Virus record (IMG/VR): IMGVR_UViG_3300045973_000169
Coordinates: 142,639-206,638 of that record
DNA: 64,000 nucleotides
Strand: one strand, 5' to 3'
Shown here: piece after piece, positions 48,854 to 58,175 of the stretch
How positions within the stretch are numbered: the stretch's first letter is position 1
How the letters are laid out: each line of letters starts with the position of its first letter
Made by a program: the position numbers and the translations under genes
The notes under the pieces: model-generated
What the model was told of the DNA's origin: nothing
Seen by the model: the letters and a program-made list of their open reading frames with translations, nothing else
Database searches by the model: none

Positions 48854-49147
48854 TTAGTCAGCCCAAACCCAACGTAATGTAAACTGTCCAGTTAGTTTTT
48901 GAGATGATCTTGCATATATGGTAAAGCCATTCCCAGCAGTTGGTGTCCCACATGTAAGTCCACAGAATGCTGATAAGTATCTATGGTCATTAGCAGTATG
49001 ATCAACTGAAGTGTCATCAGCCATAATAAAAGCCTCAGCTTTACTTGTTGCTGAAATGGTTGCTTCTCCAGTAACAGTAACCTGGGCCTCATTTGACCCA
49101 GGCGCTGTACCAAAATTAATTGTTGTAGTCCCTTGTGATGATGCCAT
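48854..49147 (-). CDS. Small hypothetical virion protein (97 aa)
   Basis: Compact beta-rich ORF with RBS and 'DHTANDH' motif, closely spaced (12 nt) with the 485-aa gene. Confidence 0.65.
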   Translation of the reverse strand: MASSQGTTTINFGTAPGSNEAQVTVTGEATISATSKAEAFIMADDTSVDHTANDHRYLSAFCGLTCGTPTAGNGFTIYARSSQKLTGQFTLRWVWAD

Positions 49148-49156
49148 TAGTTATCC

Positions 49157-49603
49157 TTAAGCTGCTGGAACGCCCCAAGACATTTGGAACTTAGGAGTAA
49201 TCTTATATGTATCGCCGTTGTTAGCAGGAGTAAAAGGACCAGAAGCTTTCTCAGCCCAAATAAGAATCCCATCAGCATCAACTACATAATATCCATAGAT
49301 ATCTTTAGCGGTAGATGTAAGAGGCCCAGTAAATGTAAATGTCTGTTGTGCATACACTGCATCTGAAGGATCATTAGCTGGAGTAACTGTCCAAGAACCA
49401 GCAGTTAAAGTTATAGCTGCATATCCTGGGCCTGCTGCTTCTGCTGCATTATAAGCTGCTGCTGTATCTCCACCGTTTGGGTTAGGAGTAATATTAGTTG
49501 TATAAAGCTTTAATGTTAAGTTATTCCCACCAACAGGTTGTGATTTATTAAAGTAAGATTTTAGGATTTGATCTGCACCTAAATCAGATAGTACTAATGC
49601 CAT
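49157..49603 (-). CDS. Small beta-rich virion protein, family member D (148 aa)
   Basis: 'LKLYT...EAAGPGYAAITLT..SW...QTFTFTG...IYGYYV...GDTYKITP' is a widespread phage pattern; AGGAG RBS. Confidence 0.7.
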   Translation of the reverse strand: MALVLSDLGADQILKSYFNKSQPVGGNNLTLKLYTTNITPNPNGGDTAAAYNAAEAAGPGYAAITLTAGSWTVTPANDPSDAVYAQQTFTFTGPLTSTAKDIYGYYVVDADGILIWAEKASGPFTPANNGDTYKITPKFQMSWGVPAA

Positions 49604-49614
49604 TGTATTGCTCC

Positions 49615-50571
49615 TTATTTAGATACTGATAAAAGAAAAATCTTTAACGTATCATTGTTTATTTTATAATAAAAATTAATATCTCTCTTTTGGTCTAAGA
49701 TCATATCTATTCTTTTGATTTTAATCTTATCCATTAATTCTTGTGGAGATTTTATTGGTCTATTAAACTTAATTGTTATTGGATTATATTTAACGTTATT
49801 AAACGTTACATTATCTGGAATAGTTTTTACTATTCTCATTGGATTCTGTAATTGATCTAGTATATTCCCAGGGGGAACAGTTAAACTAGTTGACTCTGGA
49901 GTAAGTGTATTATATTTACTTGTTTCAAAAGTTGTCTTATATATAGAAGTAAGCCCACTCGCCTTAAATACATCAATAGAGATAGAGTCTCCAATATCAA
50001 AACTCCCGGAGAATGAGACTTTAAGTTCTCCAAGATCTACTTCTTGTAATTGTTGATATGTGAATTCTCCTACATAAATAGCGCCTTTAGTCACATCTAT
50101 TCTGTTTCCAGATAATATATCAATAACAAATGTATCGTTAGTGTTCCCAGTATATGAACTTACAATTTCTAATGTTCCACTAGCAGAAGCACTTCTTAAA
50201 TATATAGGTTCTGATACAGTTACAGATGATATAAACCTAGAAGTGTCATCTCCAGGAAAGATAGAGATATAATGTTGTCGTTCAGGGACTAATGATGAAG
50301 TTGGCTTAATAAATAATTGGTTACCATTAAGAGTATAATTAAATTGATATTGGATAAACTCATCTGGACTATTATCAAGACTATTTGAAGAAGTATCTAA
50401 TATAGCAAGATCTGGACCTGTCCATAAGCCTGTAGATATAGTATAAAGACTAATGCCATTCTTTACTGTGAATGGGTCTATTGGGCTATCAAACTCAATC
50501 AAAAAAGTTGAATCTAGTGGAAGGTTGATGCTTCCATCTACAGGTGTCATATTAAGTACAGAAAGACTCAT
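49615..50571 (-). CDS. Ig-like (Big_5/SbsA-type) domain protein (318 aa)
   Basis: Two 'V....P.dg..n.......i.i.F..pi' starts: 'VLNMTPVDGSINLPLDSTFLIEFDSPI' and 'IVKTIPDNVTFNNVKYNPITIKFNRPI'. Confidence 0.7.
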   Translation of the reverse strand: MSLSVLNMTPVDGSINLPLDSTFLIEFDSPIDPFTVKNGISLYTISTGLWTGPDLAILDTSSNSLDNSPDEFIQYQFNYTLNGNQLFIKPTSSLVPERQHYISIFPGDDTSRFISSVTVSEPIYLRSASASGTLEIVSSYTGNTNDTFVIDILSGNRIDVTKGAIYVGEFTYQQLQEVDLGELKVSFSGSFDIGDSISIDVFKASGLTSIYKTTFETSKYNTLTPESTSLTVPPGNILDQLQNPMRIVKTIPDNVTFNNVKYNPITIKFNRPIKSPQELMDKIKIKRIDMILDQKRDINFYYKINNDTLKIFLLSVSK

Positions 50572-50599
50572 GCCTTACCTCTTTATTTATTTATACTTC

Positions 50600-50613
50600 T
50601 TAGTGTTATTAAC
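50600..50613 (-). promoter_or_regulatory. GTTAATAACACTAA promoter-like motif just downstream of a terminator
   Basis: Intergenic copy identical over 14 nt to the copies at 60794-60807 and 62820-62833. Confidence 0.6.
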
Positions 50614-50629
50614 TAAAAATTCTAAGTAA

Positions 50630-50650
50630 GGGGAGAGAGTTACTCTCCCC
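50630..50650 (-). terminator. Probable terminator hairpin after the 151-aa gene
   Basis: 8-bp stem ggggagag/ctctcccc; weak U-tract (TTACTTAGAATTTTT) on the minus strand. Confidence 0.55.
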
Positions 50651-50658
50651 ATATTAGA

Positions 50659-51114
50659 TTAAGATGATAAAGGAATGGTTGCTAGAACAGTTGCTGCAGG
50701 GAAGGAAATTTTACCACCGCCGTTAGCTGTCTGTCCTGTCCCGCTATTAGCTGCAGACTGGTCATCAGTACTTAGAAGACTTGCTCCTACAATTGCATTA
50801 GCTGAGTTAACCCAAATACAGCAATACTTTGCTGTTAAAGCATTCGCTGATCCATCTTGAGTCCAAGCAACCTCTGCAGATGTTCTAATTTCTCTTGTAT
50901 TCCCATTTAGGGCCGATATAACAGGAACGGTCTTAGTAGCCCTTGTGTAACCATATTGTGTTGCTAACTCACCTTTAAATCCTGCTGCTGTAAAAGTATC
51001 AGAACCAGATGGTGCTGCTACTGATCCATCATGTAATGTAGCGAAGTAAAAATATGCTGCTGCTGATGTTGCTTGTAAATCTCTAAATCCTGTTGATGCT
51101 GTAAAATCTGCCAT
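50659..51114 (-). CDS. Small beta-rich virion protein, family member C (151 aa)
   Basis: 'GELATQYGYTRAT...VAWT...AKYCCIW...GGKISFPA' parallels 'E..G.GY...' and the C-terminus of 49157-49603. Confidence 0.7.
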   Translation of the reverse strand: MADFTASTGFRDLQATSAAAYFYFATLHDGSVAAPSGSDTFTAAGFKGELATQYGYTRATKTVPVISALNGNTREIRTSAEVAWTQDGSANALTAKYCCIWVNSANAIVGASLLSTDDQSAANSGTGQTANGGGKISFPAATVLATIPLSS

Positions 51115-51126
51115 TTGAATGACTCC

Positions 51127-51756
51127 TTATATTATGTTGCTAAATTTATATGGTTCTCCAGTTATCCTTCTTAAATCTAATGGTTTCCCATCTGGGGCCC
51201 TTATTGCATTTATTATTTTCATCCCCTCTAACGTTGGAGGACTTACTAGTCTAGGCGTAGATAGAACTGTTGATGGTAAAAATAAACCACTTACTTTACC
51301 TGTTACATCTAATGAAACTATTGTTTGTTGTGATCTTACTGTTGACGGAGATAAAGTTCCATTTACTAATGTTATTACACCATTTGTTCCAATTATTTTA
51401 ACTGCATTAACAGTTATTAATGATTGAATAGTAGATATATAAATTAGTCCATCTGAAATTATTACATTACCAGAAATATTAATCTGTTCAATGGTCTGTA
51501 AACTATCAACTGAAGAAATATTTAAGTATCCACTTTGTACTCCAGATACTTCTGCCTCAACTGTTATTAAGTTAGGAGCATATACAGCTCTATTATTCCC
51601 TAATACAGTAGGGATACTTAGGCTTGCACTATTAAGATCAATTGTATATTGTCTTGTTTGTAAAGGTTCTACATTTCCATCTTCATCAATAGAGAAAAAT
51701 TTAATCTCTGTGTCTTGAGTTAGAATTATAGGACCAGTATATAGGATAGTAGCCAT
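51127..51756 (-). CDS. Repeat protein beginning with the C-terminal half of an Fn3-associated/chitobiase-C-like domain (209 aa)
   Basis: Starts 'LYTGPIILTQDTEIKFFSIDEDGNVEPLQTRQYTI', followed by ~5 repeats related to those of 55622-58063. Confidence 0.7.
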   Translation of the reverse strand: MATILYTGPIILTQDTEIKFFSIDEDGNVEPLQTRQYTIDLNSASLSIPTVLGNNRAVYAPNLITVEAEVSGVQSGYLNISSVDSLQTIEQINISGNVIISDGLIYISTIQSLITVNAVKIIGTNGVITLVNGTLSPSTVRSQQTIVSLDVTGKVSGLFLPSTVLSTPRLVSPPTLEGMKIINAIRAPDGKPLDLRRITGEPYKFSNII

Positions 51757-51785
51757 TTATTCCCATCACTAGATAGTAAGATATT

Positions 51786-52178
51786 TTAGTTTACTGTTGC
51801 TACACTTATAGTAAATTCTGCTGGAGTATAATACGTTCCTGCAGACAAAGAAGTATTCCCTGTATCAATTAGCTTGATAACTCCATCTGTTGCTCCACCC
51901 ATTGTTTTTAATATAATTGTATTAGCGATACCGCTAATGTTACACAATATCTGTGTTCCAGCTAAAACTTTAATACTAGACCCAGAGGTCAACTGGAATG
52001 AAGCTGGCGTTACAGTTCTAGATGCTAGTACATTGGTGATCATACTAGCTTGCAAGACTCCATTGCCATCAATTGGCTGTGATATCATATTACAATAAAG
52101 AATTGTTGTAGTAGTATCTATAATATTTTGTAGCATTAAATCAATAACTGCTTTATTTATTGCTTTTGATGTTGCCAT
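51786..52178 (-). CDS. Small beta-rich virion protein, family member B (130 aa)
   Basis: Similar size and pattern to the adjacent 131-aa gene (L..I....T.I..C..QP; C-terminal P.F.I); AGGAG RBS. Confidence 0.7.
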   Translation of the reverse strand: MATSKAINKAVIDLMLQNIIDTTTTILYCNMISQPIDGNGVLQASMITNVLASRTVTPASFQLTSGSSIKVLAGTQILCNISGIANTIILKTMGGATDGVIKLIDTGNTSLSAGTYYTPAEFTISVATVN

Positions 52179-52193
52179 AGAAAAACTCCTTAA

Positions 52194-52589
52194 TTAGATC
52201 GGATCTGCTATTACTAAATTAAATGCTGGACTATCCCATATCTGTGAGGTCGTTACTGATTGTCCCGAAGGGAAGTTAACACTTGTCCCAGCTAGAATAT
52301 TAACTCCATCTGTAAGTACAACATAGGTAATAATCCCATTCCCTGATGGTGTATTCCCTGTTGTTGCATTAATTGTTAATGTAGCCTTATTTGAATTACC
52401 TGTATCATCAAATGGCCCAGTATAATTTGCAGAAGTTAAACCTGTCTTATTAATTAATACTCTTCCAGAGGTTGCTAAGTCTGCATAATTAGTTGGTTGT
52501 TGATTACAAAAAGCTATCCTTGTTGCTGAGTTCTTAATTACATTCAATGCTGGATAAAGCACTAATGCATGATTAATATATTTTGCCAT
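52194..52589 (-). CDS. Small beta-rich virion protein, family member A (131 aa)
   Basis: 'ALNVIKNSATRIAFCNQQPTNY...WDSPAFNLVIADP' is a widespread phage pattern; AAGGA RBS. Confidence 0.7.
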   Translation of the reverse strand: MAKYINHALVLYPALNVIKNSATRIAFCNQQPTNYADLATSGRVLINKTGLTSANYTGPFDDTGNSNKATLTINATTGNTPSGNGIITYVVLTDGVNILAGTSVNFPSGQSVTTSQIWDSPAFNLVIADPI

Positions 52590-52601
52590 AATATTTCCTT
52601 T

Positions 52602-55600
52602 TTATTGTAATGGTATTGCTATACTATCAATACTTACTCCAGTATCATAACCATCACCTGTAGAATATGCTGTAATTGTTACTAAACCATTTGTTACAGA
52701 AGATGGTGTTGTAAATGTATATACTCCAGAATATGAACATCCAAACCATGAAATACCATTCACATCGACTGATGCAATTACCGAATCAACTCCTTCATCA
52801 GTTACCGTATCAGCATATCCACCACTTACTGCTATTATGAAGTCTTGCCCTCCACTTATATTTAATGTCTTACTCATTGAGACACTTGTATAATTTCCCG
52901 TACTAAAATTACCTAATGGGAGTGGATTTCCACCTGCCCCTTCTAAAATAGTCCAACCAGCGCTCCCTAGATCTTGCCTTAATCCAGGAGGATAGATCTC
53001 GATTAAAGGTAGATCAGTAGTAATATTTAAATCTTCTATAAATAATGATCCACCCGTTAATACTGCAGAGACATCAGGAATAGATATATTAGTGTCTAAA
53101 TTGCCAAGAGTGAATATATTTGGATTAATTAGATTAATAGATTTTATATAAGTATCTATATTAAAACTGTCTATTTTAATAGGCATTTTAATTGGGACTG
53201 AGATATTATCTATTGTTAATTGGCTAACAGTCGTACTCGCACATATCTCAATTAAATGACTACCTGAAGAAATAGGACATGAGAAAGTTTGGTTTATATT
53301 CCTATTTAAATCAACTGGAGCATTATAGACAACTCCATCGACTCTTATAAATATTGGGAATGTATTTAAAGTCCAGTATCCCTTTAATAAAATAGAGATA
53401 TTCCCTTCCCCAGTTATTATTGTTTTAGATAACACTGCTCTCCAGTTAGAGAAACTATTATTTGCTACTAGTGAATATGTACCATTTATTGGAGTAGTAT
53501 TACTGACAGTCCACATATCAAAAGTACTTAAATAGTTTCTATTTGTCACCCAACCATCTAAAGTTCCACTTTCGAAGTTAGTTATAGTACATACATAAGA
53601 AGGATCTGTGTTGTCTAACTCTATCTGTGCATTCATATTATCAATAGTGATTATTCCGCCACCAAATCCTATAATAAAATCAATATCATTAGCCTCTACT
53701 ATAACTGAGTTAAAATCAAATTCTGCTTCAGTCATTGAAATATTAGCTAATAAATTATCGGCATTTATCCACCATAATGTAGCAGGAGTCATTGAGATAT
53801 TAAACAATATGTCTTTCACAGCTATAACTGGGAATCCAGCAGAGGTCATACTGATATTAAGTTTTACAGACTTAGCAGCAACAACATTTGGAGCGGATCC
53901 ATCAGTTGAATAATATATTGCAGATGGCTTATAAGTTGATAAAGTGACTGGTGTCCCTTGAGTGATAGTCATACTTGGGAGTGGGTAAGGATCAGTATGT
54001 AAATAGTTAATCGCCTTTCTTACTGCTGCCCCAGCATTAGCTAACCCATAAGTAAACCATTTTTTATCACCTGGGATACTTCCAGTCGTAGGTTTGTAAT
54101 TGACAGATGTATCTCCTGTTGAGAATATACAATCAAGTACTTGTGCATTTGTTAAACTTGGATTAGCTGACCAAACTAAAGCAGCGATAGCTGCTGCATT
54201 TGGAGATGCAAATGATGTTCCACTCCCACCAGTAGCAACATATCCTGTATAGAAGTTAGCATTTACTGTCCCGCTTTGCTTTGCAGCATAAGACATCTTT
54301 ACTTCCCACATTGACTGCGGTACTCTATCGTTCGGAATAATCATGGTATAGTCTTCAACATATCCGGTACATTTAATAGAGCGAGAAACTAAATTATCAG
54401 ATGGTTCACTCATTAATCTTACATACTTACTCCCGGCAGTGAATATAACGCTGAATGTTTTAGTAGTAACTAGCGCGGCATTATTTAATGGGGCGAGAGA
54501 CCAATGTGATTCTGATTCTGCTCCTATTAAAACATGTGAACCATAATTTGAGTTACCTACTAATACGCCATTTATTGTACTCCCAACCTGAACAGCATGA
54601 CGTCCTGCTAATATATTCATTAAATTTTTTTCATCATTACCAGATGCAACGAATCCAAGTTTGCCATTATTCCACATTTGATCCCAACATAATTCTAATG
54701 TTCTATCATAAAACTCAACTTCATTAAAATTATTCATATCTCCTAATGGATCACTATCATAGAAGAAAATATCAAATGTTGTTTTCCCACCAGAATATGT
54801 CGCAGAAGTAGCTAACCCATATACTGGTCTTAAAGGAGAGTTCGTATTTGTACATAAGACTCCCATATTAGTGAATGTAGCAATAGCCCCAACTATTTTA
54901 AACCTAGTTGAATATAATATATTTTCTTGCAATACAGGATATTTCTGTCCATAAATTACAGTACCAAAACTCATAGAGAGTATCTTAATAGATGGATTAG
55001 TTGAGGCTGCTACTAATGCCACTGTCCCAGCAATTGAATTCCCAAAATGACCATCTGTAGAATTAGCTTTTATAGGGAATAATGTACACCCACTTGCAAT
55101 GCCTTCGATAGGGTACCCATTTGCCACAATTGATGAACACATAGTCCCATGTTGTTCATTGTCTGTTAGCATCTCTTGATGGTTAGCGGTTCCCCATAAC
55201 CATGAAGGATACCCCCATGTAGAATGTATTTTACCAGCAAACCCTGGATGTAAAGCATCTATCCCAGAGTCAAATATCCCAATAAGTAAATTTGGGTCAC
55301 CTTTAGTTATGGTCCATGCTATATCAATTCCCATACGCTCATAGGCAGTTCTCTGTTGCATATTATATAATGGAGCATCAGATACTATCCCAATTGTACA
55401 ATTTTTATGAGGTAATACGAATCCAGCAAAGTTAACATGAGGAGAGTCATCAAGTTCATCCATGAATTCAAGAGAAGCATATTCGTCTATTTCAACGATA
55501 TAGATATCTAAGTTAGTCAATTTCTCTATTAACTTAGCTCCATGTTTTTCTAATATGAAATGGAATTCGCTAAGGTCATGACCAGGAGCCATGTGTATAT

Positions 55601-55631
55601 TCATTTGTCTAGTAGCCATAATTAAACCCAA
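52602..55631 (-). CDS. Subtilisin-family (S8) serine protease with prodomain and C-terminal repeat/jelly-roll modules (1009 aa; start may be 55619)
   Basis: Catalytic triad IFD121SG, QH161GT, GTS473FASP; oxyanion ASGN332; 'AAIAALVWSANPSLTNAQV'. Confidence 0.9.
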   Translation of the reverse strand: MGLIMATRQMNIHMAPGHDLSEFHFILEKHGAKLIEKLTNLDIYIVEIDEYASLEFMDELDDSPHVNFAGFVLPHKNCTIGIVSDAPLYNMQQRTAYERMGIDIAWTITKGDPNLLIGIFDSGIDALHPGFAGKIHSTWGYPSWLWGTANHQEMLTDNEQHGTMCSSIVANGYPIEGIASGCTLFPIKANSTDGHFGNSIAGTVALVAASTNPSIKILSMSFGTVIYGQKYPVLQENILYSTRFKIVGAIATFTNMGVLCTNTNSPLRPVYGLATSATYSGGKTTFDIFFYDSDPLGDMNNFNEVEFYDRTLELCWDQMWNNGKLGFVASGNDEKNLMNILAGRHAVQVGSTINGVLVGNSNYGSHVLIGAESESHWSLAPLNNAALVTTKTFSVIFTAGSKYVRLMSEPSDNLVSRSIKCTGYVEDYTMIIPNDRVPQSMWEVKMSYAAKQSGTVNANFYTGYVATGGSGTSFASPNAAAIAALVWSANPSLTNAQVLDCIFSTGDTSVNYKPTTGSIPGDKKWFTYGLANAGAAVRKAINYLHTDPYPLPSMTITQGTPVTLSTYKPSAIYYSTDGSAPNVVAAKSVKLNISMTSAGFPVIAVKDILFNISMTPATLWWINADNLLANISMTEAEFDFNSVIVEANDIDFIIGFGGGIITIDNMNAQIELDNTDPSYVCTITNFESGTLDGWVTNRNYLSTFDMWTVSNTTPINGTYSLVANNSFSNWRAVLSKTIITGEGNISILLKGYWTLNTFPIFIRVDGVVYNAPVDLNRNINQTFSCPISSGSHLIEICASTTVSQLTIDNISVPIKMPIKIDSFNIDTYIKSINLINPNIFTLGNLDTNISIPDVSAVLTGGSLFIEDLNITTDLPLIEIYPPGLRQDLGSAGWTILEGAGGNPLPLGNFSTGNYTSVSMSKTLNISGGQDFIIAVSGGYADTVTDEGVDSVIASVDVNGISWFGCSYSGVYTFTTPSSVTNGLVTITAYSTGDGYDTGVSIDSIAIPLQ

Positions 55632-58063
55632 TGTACCTGAGCAGATCCATAAATCTGGATAGTGTTACCATTGACTACAGGGAATGAAGCAACAGGGTCC
55701 CCAGTAATTGAAGCTCCCGAACCACCATAGCCACCATTTCCTTCCCATGCAGAAGAACCTTCTCCACCGCCACCGGTAACACCAGGGGTTACTAATGTTC
55801 CAGTAATAGGAGCGATGGTCCAACCTGTCCCACCAGCTCCATCAACAGGGCCAAAGCCGCCAGCTCCGCCGCCACCAGCAAATGCTATTGTTGTTCCATT
55901 AAGAGTCAGATAAGAATTTTCCCCTGCTGTACCCTCAGTGCTATCTGCCCCTGTCCCATCTCCGCCTGTTATATAGTCTATAACAACAGTTTTAGAACTA
56001 GTAAATGTATATGGTCCACTAGTTAGTATATAAGCAGTTGTAGTTAATGCTGTATCAGTTGCGCTCCATGGAGATGTCAATGTAAAGCCAGCCCCAGTAG
56101 CCCTTATCTTAAAGTGATACGTGGTAGATATGTCTAGTCCAGTAAACGTATGTCTTGTGGTTGCCTGTGAAGGTATATTTATAATTCCTAATTCATAACT
56201 AGTTGTCTTACCATACTCGATATCATAACCAGTAGCATAAGTAATTGCATCCCAGTTTAAGTCAATCTCAGTTGCTCTTGTTGCCATTTCTCCAGCGAAA
56301 CCAAGAGTAGGGGCAGATAATGTTCCTCTAGTTAAAACATTAAATGTCTTAGGAGACCCATTAACTAAGGCTCCACATGTTACTGTAGTTAAGTTGCTTG
56401 TTGATGATAGACCTCTACATTTTAAAGTATCTCCATTTGCTATTGTTTTATTTCCACTAGCACTTGTAACCCAAGGGCCACCAGAGATCGATATTTGTGA
56501 TTGTGTTAAATAGGCACCTACATTAATGCTTGTATTTAAACCACTGATAGTTACTGTATTAGATTCAACATATGAGTTCTGTAATGCATCAGTGATATCT
56601 GAGAATACTATTGCATCAGGTGCATTGTCTTTACTGCCAGTATTAACTTTAGTTATATTCCAAGTATCACTTACTCCATTAATGGTTAATGTGAATGTAC
56701 GTGCTCCGACTGTTGTTTCAGAACAACTAAATTCTACTTGGTCACCAGCATTTAATGTTAAATTAGTAGATGGGTTGAGTAAGTTACTTGGGATACCGCC
56801 ATTTACATAGACAAAGCCTTGAGCATTATTAGCTAGTCCAGTCCTTGTAACGACTCCAGTTACAGTAGTGTCAATCCCAGTAATTAAAACTTTATTTGAA
56901 TGTACATCATCTGCATACCAAGCATTAGCTATATCAGTAAATGAGAATGCATTAGGAACTATATCTGCCATACCAGATACTATAATATCGAATTGTCCAA
57001 CAGTTATAGCACTATTATAAGAAGACGGGCTCAATAGTCCATTAGTAACTGATGTAATCGTAGGAGCAAATACGCCTCTTAAGGTTGGTGTCACTGAAGA
57101 AATAGACATTAGTCCAGAACAGAAACCTACTAAAGAAGGAGCATTAATAGTTCTAGTTACATTACCATAAGTAATACTTAGTGGTCCGTTAGTTACGGAT
57201 GGACCATAAGCTGCAATGTTTATTTGAGTTACTGCTTGTAAACTATTAACAGAAGATATATTTAATACTCCTGACATTACGCCTACAATAGAAGGAGCGA
57301 ATATACTTCTTATGCCTCCTACTGAAGAAATACCAAATAATCCATTATCAACTCCAGGGATATGACCAACAATCTTAGAGGCATAAATAGATGATGTATA
57401 TGTTACCCGAGATAAACTTAATAGCCCAGAACATTTACCTAAAATAGATGGAGCATTAATTGTATAGGGAGAATTTAAGGCAGATAAACTTAATAGTCCA
57501 TTTATTTTTTCAATTACTAGATCAGTACAATCCCAAACAATAGCCCAGTCAGGCCATCCAAGGTCTAACAATGCCTGTATCGCATTACGTGTAGTATCAT
57601 TAGGAAGAGTTCCATTTGAACTTTTACCTCTTACCCAAACACGTTCCCCAAGGTTAGCTCTCTGTTCTGCTGTAAGAGGATTGTTTATTACAACTGTTAG
57701 GTTACCATTAGAATCAGGAGCATTGCCATTTACAGACTTAACTACGCCTATTACTTGGCTAGCATTATGAATATGAGTAGAGGGAGTAAATGTTGTTGGT
57801 TTACCTTGGACAGATGCCCAATCAGTATTAACTGTAATCCCTTGTGTAGTATTGTTAATATCCATTATATCGGATATAGAATGTTTGTGGAATGAAGGTG
57901 GGAAGAAAGTAGGGACCTCTGCTATATTAGACCATTTAACATTTGAGGTTGCTAAAGTAATAGTGGTCTGGTCTGGCGTAAAGTCAGGTGCAGTCTTCTG
58001 TAATATCACTTGTAATTCTTGTAAAGTTGATAGTCCTGTTGGAACCCTATAAGACTTAGCCAT
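55622..58063 (-). CDS. Fibre-like repeat protein with HxH motifs, ~7 tandem repeats, Ig-like and fibronectin type III domains, Gly-rich end (813 aa from the revised start)
   Basis: Start moved from 58096 to 58063 (GGAGG RBS before MAKSYR). Two 'W....xxPT.F.PS.HxH' units, 'VKSVNGNAPDSNGN', and FN3 'IDLNWDAITYATGYDIEY...TYHFKIRA'. Confidence 0.75.
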   Translation of the reverse strand: MAKSYRVPTGLSTLQELQVILQKTAPDFTPDQTTITLATSNVKWSNIAEVPTFFPPSFHKHSISDIMDINNTTQGITVNTDWASVQGKPTTFTPSTHIHNASQVIGVVKSVNGNAPDSNGNLTVVINNPLTAEQRANLGERVWVRGKSSNGTLPNDTTRNAIQALLDLGWPDWAIVWDCTDLVIEKINGLLSLSALNSPYTINAPSILGKCSGLLSLSRVTYTSSIYASKIVGHIPGVDNGLFGISSVGGIRSIFAPSIVGVMSGVLNISSVNSLQAVTQINIAAYGPSVTNGPLSITYGNVTRTINAPSLVGFCSGLMSISSVTPTLRGVFAPTITSVTNGLLSPSSYNSAITVGQFDIIVSGMADIVPNAFSFTDIANAWYADDVHSNKVLITGIDTTVTGVVTRTGLANNAQGFVYVNGGIPSNLLNPSTNLTLNAGDQVEFSCSETTVGARTFTLTINGVSDTWNITKVNTGSKDNAPDAIVFSDITDALQNSYVESNTVTISGLNTSINVGAYLTQSQISISGGPWVTSASGNKTIANGDTLKCRGLSSTSNLTTVTCGALVNGSPKTFNVLTRGTLSAPTLGFAGEMATRATEIDLNWDAITYATGYDIEYGKTTSYELGIINIPSQATTRHTFTGLDISTTYHFKIRATGAGFTLTSPWSATDTALTTTAYILTSGPYTFTSSKTVVIDYITGGDGTGADSTEGTAGENSYLTLNGTTIAFAGGGGAGGFGPVDGAGGTGWTIAPITGTLVTPGVTGGGGEGSSAWEGNGGYGGSGASITGDPVASFPVVNGNTIQIYGSAQVHWV

Positions 58064-58098
58064 TAAAAATCCTCCAAACTTCATATACAGATACACCT

Positions 58099-58107
58099 GT
58101 TAATAAC
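58099..58107 (-). promoter_or_regulatory. GTTATTAAC(A) promoter-like motif downstream of the capsid terminator
   Basis: Lies in the gap between the terminator (58116-58146) and the next RBS. Confidence 0.55.
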
Positions 58108-58115
58108 TCTTTAAC

Positions 58116-58146
58116 AAAAAGAAAGGGTCCTCTTTCAAGGACCCTT
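58116..58146 (-). terminator. Rho-independent terminator after the major capsid gene
   Basis: Minus strand AAGGGTCCT-TGAAAG-AGGACCCTT followed by TCTTTTT. Confidence 0.85.
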
Positions 58147-58175
58147 CTATTACATTATAGTATTTAAAATATTTC

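Noticed and set aside
50588-50595. T4-type late promoter TATAAATA
   Set aside because: Present at this one site but not seen at the other motif-bearing gaps; likely chance in AT-rich DNA.
11274-58052. Short alternative-frame minus-strand ORFs (11274-11456, 48892-49113, 57852-58052)
   Set aside because: They are nested in better-supported genes and show no motif or RBS evidence.
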